A DNA stretch of 64,000 nt. Source: Candidatus Gastranaerophilales bacterium. GTDB lineage: Bacteria > Cyanobacteriota > Vampirovibrionia > Gastranaerophilales > Gastranaerophilaceae. The stretch's first letter is position 1; each line of letters starts with the position of its first letter. Shown here in pieces: positions 1-9,138 of the stretch. Made by a program: the position numbers and the translations under genes. The DNA is taken from contig CALUTP010000040.1 in assembly GCA_944323725.1 (NCBI GenBank), forward strand, positions 7,041 to 71,040, written 5' to 3'. The notes under the pieces were generated by a model. It made no database searches. It was not told the origin of the DNA and saw only the letters and a program-made list of their open reading frames with translations.

Positions 1-1
1 T

Positions 2-139
2 TATTACCATAATGAAGAAGCCCAAGAAAAGTTGATCAATAACATTACTGACATTATCGGGGAAGACGAAGTAATGACAAAAGTTCAATTAATACATCAG
101 CATGATCCTGATCGTGGAATATTAAAAATTCTCGAGTAA
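2..139 (+). CDS. 3' end of an ORF entering from upstream of the window (hypothetical, last 45 aa only)
   Basis: Frame 2 is open from the window edge to TAA at 137-139 (...EDEVMTKVQLIHQHDPDRGILKILE*). It converges on the resolvase gene and overlaps its 3' end by 18 nt. No recognisable motif. Confidence 0.3.
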   Translation, partial: YYHNEEAQEKLINNITDIIGEDEVMTKVQLIHQHDPDRGILKILE

Positions 140-769
140 TTTATTTTCATATAGTTTTACCAATTTATAAAAAGAAGTTGGTTTCATCCCCAGTCTTTTC
201 ATTGCTTCCCTAGCTGTAATTTTTTTATCTTTCCAAGTATTGTAAGTTTCTATCCAATTACTCGGATACTCAATAGCAGGTCTTCCAAGTTTTTTTCCTT
301 TAGCTTTGGCACAGGCAATTCCTTCAGCTTGTCTTTGTTTAATAAAAGCTCTTTCTTGTTCTGCAACATACCCCAGTAGCTGTAGAACTATATCGGAGAT
401 TACCTGCCCTATAAGGCCATCGGTTTTTGTAGTATCAAGCAAAGGCAGATCAATTACCCTTATATTAGCTCCGATTTCACCTGTAATCTCTCTCCATTCA
501 TCGCAGATTTGCTTGTAATTTCTTCCAAGTCTATCAATAGATTTGATAACAAGCAGATCTCCTTTTCTGAGTTGAGCTTTCATAGCCTGATACATAGGAC
601 GATCAAAATTTTTTCCGCTTAACTTATCAATAAAAATATCTCGTTCATTAATTCCCATATCAAGCATAGCCTGAACTTGTCTGTCTTCATTCTGATCTGC
701 AGAAGACACTCTACAGTATCCAAAAGTTTTTGCTTCCATAAAAAAATTCCTTTTCGTTTCTATTCTCAT
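122..769 (-). CDS. small serine recombinase (resolvase/invertase family) with C-terminal HTH
   Basis: Catalytic-serine motif GYCRVSSADQNEDRQ, plus LVIKSIDRLGRN and a C-terminal HTH (ITAREAMKRLGMKPTSFYKLV). The real start may be the internal Met at ~739 (MEAKTFGYCRVSS). Confidence 0.9.
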   Translation of the reverse strand: MRIETKRNFFMEAKTFGYCRVSSADQNEDRQVQAMLDMGINERDIFIDKLSGKNFDRPMYQAMKAQLRKGDLLVIKSIDRLGRNYKQICDEWREITGEIGANIRVIDLPLLDTTKTDGLIGQVISDIVLQLLGYVAEQERAFIKQRQAEGIACAKAKGKKLGRPAIEYPSNWIETYNTWKDKKITAREAMKRLGMKPTSFYKLVKLYENKLLENF

Positions 770-782
770 TATACAATATATA

Positions 783-891
783 TTCGTAAATGACTATATA
801 TAAAACGAATATTCGTAAAACAAATTAACAAGATTAACGAACAATATTTAAAGCAAAAATCTTGTGATCGTAAAGGTTTACTTTTACGAAA
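783..891. promoter_or_regulatory. cluster of TTCGTAA(A) half-sites in both orientations; candidate res/recombinase-binding and promoter region
   Basis: TTCGTAAA at 783-790 and 812-819. Perfect 12-bp palindrome ACGAATATTCGT at 805-816. ATCGTAAA at 867-874 faces inverted TTTACGAA at 883-890. All lie directly upstream of the resolvase start. Confidence 0.4.
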
Positions 892-964
892 GGTGGTGGA
901 TTGAATTTGTATTTTTAATTATTTCTTGTATATTAGAAGAAAAATCAAAAAGGAATTTTTATAG

Positions 965-1858
965 ATGGATAGAACTAATGCACCAAAAATTTTATACAAA
1001 TATATGCCTGCAGAGACTGCATTGAAGGTGTTACAAACTCAAACTATCCGATTTAGTGATCCAAAAAAATTTAATGATCTGTACGATTCAGATGTGCCTA
1101 TAAAATTGCGTGTAAATAGAAATCTGACTTCAAAAGATTTTATTGCTATGCTAGAAGAATTTGAAAAAAATCCAGAATTGAAGTTATATTTGCCTGCAGG
1201 GATGACGCTAGAAAAAATGAAAGGATTAGTTAAACAATATAGATATTCAATAAATCCAGTAGATCACCTTAATAAAACTTTGGATAATATGAGAAAAAAT
1301 ATGCGGGTACTTTCGTTGTCCTCTAATAGAGATAATTTATTAATGTGGGCACATTATAGTAATAATCACAAAGGTATAGTTATAGGTTTTAAAAGAAATT
1401 CGGATTTATTAAAGTATGCAACACCTGTTTTATATAGTAAAAATATCCCTGTAATAGACGGAAAACTATTAAGAGATTTTAAATTGAGCACTAAAGAGGC
1501 TTTAAGAGAATTACAAGTCCTTTTTCAAACAAAGAGTCTTGATTGGGAGTATGAGCAGGAATGGAGATGTGCACTTGATGTAGTAAAACGTTATGAATAC
1601 TGTTTAAGGGAAAATCCAAACTTAAAATATCAATCATCGGTGCTGTATGAAGAATTATTCTGCCAGAAGGAATTTGTTCATATCCCTTTCTATCCAGAAG
1701 ATGTTCAGAGTATATATCTAGGAGCAAATATAAATATAATAGATGAAAACATAATCATTAATATCATAAGAGAAAATTATCCCAGAGTAAGTATTTTCAA
1801 AGCTTCTCGTAATGAAAATAAATTTATGTTGGATTTTAAGCGTATCTTAGATTCTTGA
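965..1858 (+). CDS. DUF2971-like protein (uncharacterised family)
   Basis: N-terminal LYKYMPAETALKVLQTQTIRFSDPKKFNDLYDS and central LLMWAHYSNNHKGIVIGF match my recollection of the DUF2971 signature (LYHY...FNDP.E ... aHYa..h.G). An AAAGGAA SD-like element lies upstream. Confidence 0.65.
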   Translation: MDRTNAPKILYKYMPAETALKVLQTQTIRFSDPKKFNDLYDSDVPIKLRVNRNLTSKDFIAMLEEFEKNPELKLYLPAGMTLEKMKGLVKQYRYSINPVDHLNKTLDNMRKNMRVLSLSSNRDNLLMWAHYSNNHKGIVIGFKRNSDLLKYATPVLYSKNIPVIDGKLLRDFKLSTKEALRELQVLFQTKSLDWEYEQEWRCALDVVKRYEYCLRENPNLKYQSSVLYEELFCQKEFVHIPFYPEDVQSIYLGANINIIDENIIINIIRENYPRVSIFKASRNENKFMLDFKRILDS

Positions 1859-1929
1859 TGTGAATATGTACAAATCAAACAATTGAAATTTATATAATAG
1901 TAGTAAAGTAATAAAAAAGGTAAAGGATT

Positions 1930-3465
1930 ATGAGCTTAGATAAAGCAAATATATTTAAACTTAATGAGGAAGAATTTGAAAAATATAAACAAGAACCTTT
2001 CTTAGACTGTTTTGAAAGTACAAAAATGTTCGCAAAAGCTTTAAAAAATGATATTGATACAAAGGAGACACCACATTCTTTACTTCTTTCTGCAGAGTAT
2101 GGAATGGGAAAAACTTTTTTTAGCACAAGATTTACGCAGTATCTTAAAAAATGTAAGTACGAAGTAATATATTTCAGTGCTTGGGAAAATGATTATATGC
2201 AGAACCCTTTTCTTGCATTTTCAAAAGCTATAATTAGTTATGCATATAACAGATTTACGGAAGAAAAATATGTAAAAAAATTATCAAATTTATTTGAAGC
2301 TGCTGAAAAAATAGTTAGTGCAATGTCATTAACATCAAGAATTGGTATACCAGGAGTCGCTGAAATGGATGTTACCATTGATGCTAGTAGATTACTTGAG
2401 TCATTTAAGGAAAATTGTGATCCAATTATTGATTTTAGAAGCAAACTTACATCATTTATTTCTAAAATTCCTAAAAAGAAACTAATTGTTATAGTTGATG
2501 AACTTGACCGTTGTAGACCTGACTATGCAATGAAAACTTTAGAATGTATAAAACATTTTTTTGATATTGAAGGTTTATTTATTATTTTACCTACAAATAA
2601 AAATGCTTTAAATAATTGTATAAAAGCATTATACGGAATTGAGAATAGTAATTTAAATGGTAAAGAAAATTATTTTCAAAAGTTTTTTAATGATGAAAGA
2701 GTTTTACAATCACCAACTGAAGAAGATTATTTATATGTTGTAAAGCAATATATATGTGAAGACAAATTAAAAGAGGCTTTGGACAAACATCTGCTATCAG
2801 GTGTAGCTGCTGATTATAATAGCATTCAAAATTTACAGATATGTTTTGCGAAATATGCTTACAAGGCAAAATTAACAGTTAGAGAAGTTAAAGATTTTTC
2901 ATTAGAACTAGTAAGAATCTGTAATAATTTTTTTGAACCAATAAGAACAGAATGGTTAGCATGTATATTTGCTAATAAAAATAAAGAAAGAGGTGCTCAT
3001 TTTCAATATCCGGTAAATAGTGAACATTGTTTTTATTGTGAACAGTATAAGAATTTAGAGAATAGTAGTAATGGTAAACAAGTACTGTTAGATTTAAGTT
3101 TGTGCAATTCGAAATTGAGAGAAATAACGTTGCTGAGAGAATGGAATTTTGGTAATTATGATACATACCAGAAATATATTAATTTAATTAATAAAATTAA
3201 ATCACCACAGAAAAAATTTAAAACATATACAGATGTTTATAATTTTTTGGAATATCTTATTACTGATATTACAGCACTTGCGACTTTAGTTTCAAACAAT
3301 CGTGAATTAGAAAATCATTTGAATAAAATTAAATCAGTTTTTGAAGAACATAAAAATGCAATACTTAAGTATCAAAGAAAATATGGCTCTGATGATGATA
3401 TTAGTAGAAGGCAAAAATATATAGATGTTGTTAATAAACCTGAATTAATATATTTTAATGTTTAG
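1930..3465 (+). CDS. KAP-family P-loop NTPase
   Basis: Walker A is SAEYGMGKTFF. Walker B plus the KAP-typical segment is LIVIVDELDRCRPDYAMKTLECIKHFF. It is 511 aa with no obvious TM insertion. It sits 71 bp downstream of the DUF2971-like gene on the same strand. Confidence 0.8.
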   Translation: MSLDKANIFKLNEEEFEKYKQEPFLDCFESTKMFAKALKNDIDTKETPHSLLLSAEYGMGKTFFSTRFTQYLKKCKYEVIYFSAWENDYMQNPFLAFSKAIISYAYNRFTEEKYVKKLSNLFEAAEKIVSAMSLTSRIGIPGVAEMDVTIDASRLLESFKENCDPIIDFRSKLTSFISKIPKKKLIVIVDELDRCRPDYAMKTLECIKHFFDIEGLFIILPTNKNALNNCIKALYGIENSNLNGKENYFQKFFNDERVLQSPTEEDYLYVVKQYICEDKLKEALDKHLLSGVAADYNSIQNLQICFAKYAYKAKLTVREVKDFSLELVRICNNFFEPIRTEWLACIFANKNKERGAHFQYPVNSEHCFYCEQYKNLENSSNGKQVLLDLSLCNSKLREITLLREWNFGNYDTYQKYINLINKIKSPQKKFKTYTDVYNFLEYLITDITALATLVSNNRELENHLNKIKSVFEEHKNAILKYQRKYGSDDDISRRQKYIDVVNKPELIYFNV

Positions 3466-3576
3466 TAAAATTTAAATATTTTTACATGGCTTTAAAACTT
3501 AGGTTAGTTAAGATTTTGTAGCAAAAAATAATATTTAGTATTTTTCTAATTCCAGATAGTAAAAATGGAATGAATA

Positions 3577-5025
3577 ATGAAAGAAAAAGCTGTTATATAT
3601 GCTAGGGTCTCATCTTTATCCCAAGAAAAAGATGGTTTCTCTATTCCTGCACAAATTGATTTATTAAATAGTTATGCTGAAAAGAATAATATTGAAGTAG
3701 TGAAGATCTTTGATGAAGCTGAAACAGCAAAACAAGCAGGTCGAACAAAGTTCAATGCAATGTTAAAATTTCTTTCGCAGCACAAAGATGTATCCACTAT
3801 ACTTGTTGAAAAAACGGATCGCCTTTATCGAAACTTCAAAGATTATGTTGAGTTAGATGTTGATAGAACAAGATATAAGGTTTGTCTTGTAAAAGAAGGA
3901 GTAGTATTGTGTAATAATTCAAATTCCCATGAAAAATTAGTTCATGGGTTAAAGGTTTTGTTGGCCAAAAACTTCATTGATAATTTGAAGGAAGAAACTC
4001 AAAAGGGACGTTTAAAAAAAGCTAGTGAAGGTTACTTTATAGGGCAAGTCCCTTATGGGTATAAAAAGTTGGATACAAAAACTACAGTTATTAATTCAGA
4101 TACAGCACCTTTTGTGAGACGAGCTTTTGAATTATATGCTGATGGTTATTCTATAGAAAAAGTTAGAGAAACGCTAAAAGATGAAGGGTATATATATAAT
4201 AAATCTTCTATAGCAATTTCTAAGGGACACCTGCATAAGATGCTTAAAAATGTAGCATATATTGGAATTATCGATTTTAGAGGGAAATTTTACGAAGGGA
4301 AGCATGAACCTATTGTGTCAAATGAACTTTTTAATAAAGTACAAAGACAGTTTAAGAAAGACTATAAGCCAGATAAAATATCTAAGCACAATTTTGCATT
4401 TACAGGGCTAATAACCTGTGCAGAATGTGGATGTGCTATTACTGCTGAAATTAAAAAAGGTAAGTATATATACTATCATTGTACCGGTTATAAAAAAATT
4501 TGTTCTCAAAAAGAATTTATAACCGAAGAAAAACTTATTGAGCAATTTGATGCTGCTGTAAGAGCAGTAACAATAAGTGAAAAGCATTTTGAATATATAA
4601 AAAAAGGACTAAGGGAAAGTTTTATAGATAAAAAGAAATATGATTTGGAACATTATGATGTAATGGTAAAAAATGTGAAAAAGATTCAAAACAGACTTGA
4701 TAAGTTATACTTAGATAAACTTGATGGGGAGATCAGTACTGAAGTATGGAGAGAAAAGCATGCTAAATGGACTGAAGATCTTGAAGTGTTGCAATCGAAA
4801 ATATCAGCATATTCAAAAGCTAGTAAAAAATATTATGAAGAAGGTATTAAATATATCGAACTGTTAAAAAACGTGTATTCAATATACTCTGCACAATCTA
4901 ATTCTGAAAAAGCAAAACTTATAAAAATATTACTATCGAACTGTAAACTAAGAGATAAAAAACTAAGCTATGACTATAATAAACCATTTTCTTATTTCGT
5001 CAAAAACGACCAATGTCATAAAAAA

Positions 5026-5052
<27 letters not shown>
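3577..5052 (+). CDS. large serine recombinase (integrase type)
   Basis: N-terminal AVIYARVSSLSQEKDGFSIPAQ catalytic domain, a recombinase domain (YGYKK...), a zinc-ribbon CAECGCAITAEIKKGKYIYYHCTG, and a coiled-coil C-terminus. The last 27 nt overlap the tRNA-Arg gene on the opposite strand. Confidence 0.9.
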
Positions 5053-5099
<47 letters not shown>

Positions 5100-5171
5100 T
5101 TGGATCCAGAGGAATTTTCCAGACGTTTGGTTTTTGTGGGGTATCTGTATTCATTCCTCATAGTTTATATT

Positions 5172-6068
5172 TTAGCATAAACATTTTTTAGCGCAAGTCG
5201 TTTTTGTTTTTATTAATGGAATGAAGCCAAAAAGCATATATTTTTTCTTGTTCGGATAATAATAAAATATTTTCATTAATGTTATACCACAAAATTCTAT
5301 CTTTTCGCGTTTTACCATCTTAAACCCATTAAGTACAGGTAAATTCATTTTTTCTGCAAATTCTACCATTTCTTTTTCAGATTCCATTGCATCTAAAACA
5401 TGTTTTTGAGATTTAGTTGAAACTATTGAATGTTCATTCCTTCTGTAATAATAAGCACAATCTGGAACAGTTACCAAGCCTGACAAATAATACATTACCT
5501 TTATTGACCAGCACATATCCTCATAATATCTACCTACAGGGAAAGATAACCCTAAATTCAATAAACTTTCTCGCTTATAAATCTTATTCCATACATAATT
5601 ATATTTTGGAATTTTTACTGCTTTTATTTTAGCTACTGCATCTGTTATAAAATTTTCTTTTTTATATTCTACTTTATATTTTTTAATTTTATTTCCACAT
5701 CGAATTATATTACCACTTGCGATTTCTGCATTATATTTTTTAGCTGATTCATATAACTTTTCATAGAAATTTAAATCTACCCAATCATCTGAATCAACAT
5801 AACCTACATATTCTCCAGCGGCTACTTTTAAACCGTCATTTCGGGCTGCTGACAAACCTTGATTCTGTTTATTTATAATTTTTATTCGACTATCTTTTTT
5901 TGCATATTTTTCTAATATATCTAGTGAATCATCCTTTGAACCATCATTTACACATATAATCTCAATATCATGAAGACTCTGATTTACCAAAGAATCCAAA
6001 CATTTTTCCAAATATTTTTCAACATTATATACTGGTACTATAATTGATACTTTGGGACTATTATTCAT
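5172..6068 (-). CDS. glycosyltransferase family 2
   Basis: VSIIVPVYNVEKYLEKCLDSLVNQSL, IEIICVNDGSKDDS and YVDSDDW are classic GT-A/GT2 motifs. Confidence 0.9.
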   Translation of the reverse strand: MNNSPKVSIIVPVYNVEKYLEKCLDSLVNQSLHDIEIICVNDGSKDDSLDILEKYAKKDSRIKIINKQNQGLSAARNDGLKVAAGEYVGYVDSDDWVDLNFYEKLYESAKKYNAEIASGNIIRCGNKIKKYKVEYKKENFITDAVAKIKAVKIPKYNYVWNKIYKRESLLNLGLSFPVGRYYEDMCWSIKVMYYLSGLVTVPDCAYYYRRNEHSIVSTKSQKHVLDAMESEKEMVEFAEKMNLPVLNGFKMVKREKIEFCGITLMKIFYYYPNKKKYMLFGFIPLIKTKTTCAKKCLC

Positions 6069-7051
6069 TATAAACCTTTCTTAAATTTCCATCTTATTTT
6101 TGATACAAGAGTTTTTAATTTTATTCTTAAATAAGTTTCACTTTTATTTATTTCAATATATTTCCACCAGCCATTTGAATAATTAGAAACTATAAAATTT
6201 TTAAACTCCTGTAAATTCTTATAATAATCATCCTTTAAACTATCATCACACTTACAATACCAAGACATTGCTTTTGAAAAATATTTATTTATTACCTGAT
6301 TAATATATTTATCAGTAAGAGTTAAGCTTTTAAGTAATTCTTCAGCTGCATAAAAATTTAATATTGGAGAAATTGATTTTTTAGTATAAGAAGAAGTGAT
6401 AGCTCCTGCGCGGTTTTTTACATAATAATATAAATCCTCATTGATAATATAAATATTCTTAGCAGTTAAAATAGCTTTTAAATAAAATAACTGATCTTCA
6501 CCATCTTTTATTTCTTGAAATTTAATATTATTATCTTCAACAAATTTTCTTCGATAAAGCTTACACCACGCAGTAGGAGGAAATTGAAACAAATCATTTT
6601 CATAATCTTTTCTTGACAAAAGACGCTCTTTAAGTTTCGGATTAATTTTATTTACACTATACATCCCTCGACTTACACTTTGGCCTTTAACCGAATAAGC
6701 CCCAAATACAACCATATCAGAATTTGTTTCACTAATTTTTTGGATAGTTTTTTCAATTAAAGTCTTATCAATCCAATCATCAGAATCCACAAACAATAAA
6801 TATTCACCAATCGCAGCAGCCATTCCAACATGACGAGCTGAAAATAATCCACCATTAGGTTTAGAAATAATTTTTATTCTCGTGTCTTTATTTGCATACT
6901 CAGTTAAAATTTGGAGCGAGTTATCTGTAGAACCATCATTAACACATATAATTTCAATATCTTTAAATGACTGCGAAATAATACTTTCAAGACATTTTTC
7001 TAGATACTTCCCAACATTATATACCGGAACTATTACCGAAACTTTAGCCAT
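6068..7051 (-). CDS. glycosyltransferase family 2
   Basis: VSVIVPVYNVGKYLEKCLESIISQSF, IEIICVNDGSTDNS and FVDSDDW. It overlaps the downstream GT2 gene by 1 nt, suggesting an operon. Confidence 0.9.
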   Translation of the reverse strand: MAKVSVIVPVYNVGKYLEKCLESIISQSFKDIEIICVNDGSTDNSLQILTEYANKDTRIKIISKPNGGLFSARHVGMAAAIGEYLLFVDSDDWIDKTLIEKTIQKISETNSDMVVFGAYSVKGQSVSRGMYSVNKINPKLKERLLSRKDYENDLFQFPPTAWCKLYRRKFVEDNNIKFQEIKDGEDQLFYLKAILTAKNIYIINEDLYYYVKNRAGAITSSYTKKSISPILNFYAAEELLKSLTLTDKYINQVINKYFSKAMSWYCKCDDSLKDDYYKNLQEFKNFIVSNYSNGWWKYIEINKSETYLRIKLKTLVSKIRWKFKKGL

Positions 7052-7116
7052 AACAAGTTAATTTTATAATCATCATTTAACAAAGTCAATAAATTGTTAT
7101 ATTTTAGCTTGACTAG

Positions 7117-7446
7117 TTAAAAAGAATAATTATTATTATATCTTATGGATGTAAATAAATTATAAAATATTTTCGTTAAATTTTCATCATTATACATTGC
7201 TTCAGTTAATTCATTAATCATCTGCTCATTTGATGTAGAAGAAAAATAATATAATTGCCAGCTCTCTACTTGCAATGCTTCTGAAATTTTTTGAAGTGTT
7301 TCAATCGAAGGGGCAAATTTCCCCGTTTCAATATAACTTAAACTTGGAGGCTCAATACCTATAAGTTCAGCTAATCTCTCTTGTGTAAACCCCTTTGATT
7401 TCCTTATTAACTTAATTCTAGTTCCTAATTGTTTTTTTATATCCAT
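7117..7446 (-). CDS. XRE-family HTH transcriptional regulator (paralog of 36142-36456)
   Basis: MDIKKQLGTRIKLIRKSKGFTQERLAELIGIEPPSLSYIETGKFAPSIETL is an XRE-type HTH. I start it at ATG 7446, because the upstream part of the 132-aa ORF is hydrophobic junk. The C-terminal ...MYNDENLTKIFYNLF resembles ...MQNDENLTQKMYRYF in the paralog. Confidence 0.85.
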   Translation of the reverse strand: MDIKKQLGTRIKLIRKSKGFTQERLAELIGIEPPSLSYIETGKFAPSIETLQKISEALQVESWQLYYFSSTSNEQMINELTEAMYNDENLTKIFYNLFTSIRYNNNYSF

Positions 7447-7487
7447 AATTACACTCCAATAATGTATTATTAGATAAATTAAAATAG

Positions 7488-7895
7488 TTAAACTATTCTG
7501 GAGAAGAAGGAGCAAAATTTATAAGGGACACTTATAAAACTTATAACTCTAGAACAAGTAGCAGTGCTGGATATTGTAATGATGGAATCATGTCAATAGT
7601 TGATGGATCTTTTATCTACTTTGACAGAAGTACTTCAGAGCAGACAACAGCAGGAAAATTTTTCATATGTATTGACACTAATGGATGGAAAAAGAAACCT
7701 AATAGATTTGGACATAATTTTTTCATGTTTGAGGTAAACCAACGGACAGGTAAACTGCTGCCAATGGGTCTAGAAGGCTCTGATTTTGAAGAAGAAACAG
7801 ACTGCAGTCTAACATCTACTGCTGTTACTAACGGATTAGGACGCACTGCAAAAGCGCTGAATGATCCTAACTATTTCAAAAACCTTCCTAAATAA
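7488..7895 (+). pseudogene. 5'-truncated pilin-like gene (subfamily 2); lacks the prepilin leader and hydrophobic N-terminus
   Basis: The C-terminal part aligns with 50579-51277: ICIDTNGWKKKPNRFGHNFFMFEV...GKLLPMG...KALNDPNYFKNLPK versus TVDVNGVNKKPNAWGHDVFCFNIL...GKIMPMG...KALTDPDYFKNLPK. Similarity continues upstream of the first ATG (7590) into the open frame from 7488 (IRDTYKTYNS versus SNIYKAYNK). No FTLAEVL segment is present. Confidence 0.6.
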
Positions 7896-7938
7896 TCATT
7901 AAAATTATATTTTTTTGGAATTAAATAATAATTAAAAG

Positions 7939-9009
7939 TCACTCGTTTAGGATGAGTTTTCTGAGTTTTTGCTCTATTTTGTCACAATTTTTTGCATAAT
8001 AAATCCCGATAAAAATTATTTCAAGACCAATCAACACAAGTATAAGCGGGAATATAGAGGAGTCTTTGAAAATTGTATATGCGAGCCTGCTTAAATATCC
8101 AAAAAATCCTATAGCACCCCATACCATAAAAACTTTGCGTTTAACAATTACACTTATAAACATATATGCAAAAGAGAATAATGCAAAAGTAAAATAATAA
8201 GCTTCATTGTATAATTTAAATTGATTGATAAGAGATATTATAACACCCCAAAGCATAGTAGAACCAAATATATATAACCAGCCAGAATAATCACCTTCAG
8301 TTTTTCTATCATACTTAAGAGCAAACCCAAGCATAATTAAAGAAAATACTAAAGATGCAAAATTACGCATACCCCAAGTGGGGTCTTGAATATGCCCAAG
8401 ACATAATGGCACTATATCCATTGATAAATACCAAGTTGCATAACAAATCGGTAAAGTCAAAAGCGGAAACTTTCTGTATTTCAAGAATAAACAACCTCCC
8501 AAAACAGTCGCCAATTCCATTAAAATATAACCGCTTCTTACAAAAATATGAAAATCACTATACTTATCATATTCATCAGGCATAATCCCCATAATTGTAA
8601 GCATTGACCAAACTCCAATAGGAATAACGCTTACAGCACAAACATATAAAAGCCCGCCCGGAGTTGTTTTACCTTTATGCCATAGCAAATTTCCGATAAT
8701 TGTAAAAATTATAAAATAAATTATTGAAAGAGCAAGCAATCCTCCATGTCCAAATATTTGAAATGAATTTGCCATATACCAGCCCATTGTATTAATTATA
8801 ATAAAAGCACCAAAATAGTAAAAAAAGTTTTCCATAGTAAATTTTACTTGTGTAGGATTTTGGACTTCTTTTTGATAGTCTTTTTGTACAAGTTTAGCAG
8901 TATCATTACTATGCAGTGTTTTTAAATAATTAAGAAGATCTATGAATATTTCAGATGAAATAATTCCATTTTTCTGCGCTAACATTAAATCTTTTTCAGT
9001 AAAATTCAT
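7939..9009 (-). CDS. polytopic membrane protein (possibly DUF2157-like), function unknown
   Basis: Soluble N-terminus (MNFTEKDLMLAQKNGIISSEIFIDLLNYL) followed by about 9-10 hydrophobic helices. ATG 9009 is preceded by GGAG with a 7-nt spacer; the ORF track starts at TTG 9015. Confidence 0.6.
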   Translation of the reverse strand: MNFTEKDLMLAQKNGIISSEIFIDLLNYLKTLHSNDTAKLVQKDYQKEVQNPTQVKFTMENFFYYFGAFIIINTMGWYMANSFQIFGHGGLLALSIIYFIIFTIIGNLLWHKGKTTPGGLLYVCAVSVIPIGVWSMLTIMGIMPDEYDKYSDFHIFVRSGYILMELATVLGGCLFLKYRKFPLLTLPICYATWYLSMDIVPLCLGHIQDPTWGMRNFASLVFSLIMLGFALKYDRKTEGDYSGWLYIFGSTMLWGVIISLINQFKLYNEAYYFTFALFSFAYMFISVIVKRKVFMVWGAIGFFGYLSRLAYTIFKDSSIFPLILVLIGLEIIFIGIYYAKNCDKIEQKLRKLILNE

Positions 9010-9138
9010 ATACAAACTCCAATAAAAGATTCTTAATTTAAAACTTAATGTTATATTTATTTGAAATTGTTGGCAATTTTATTATGTTTTCGTTACAATT
9101 AAAATATAGATAAGAAATGGAAAGAGGAATTAGAAATT

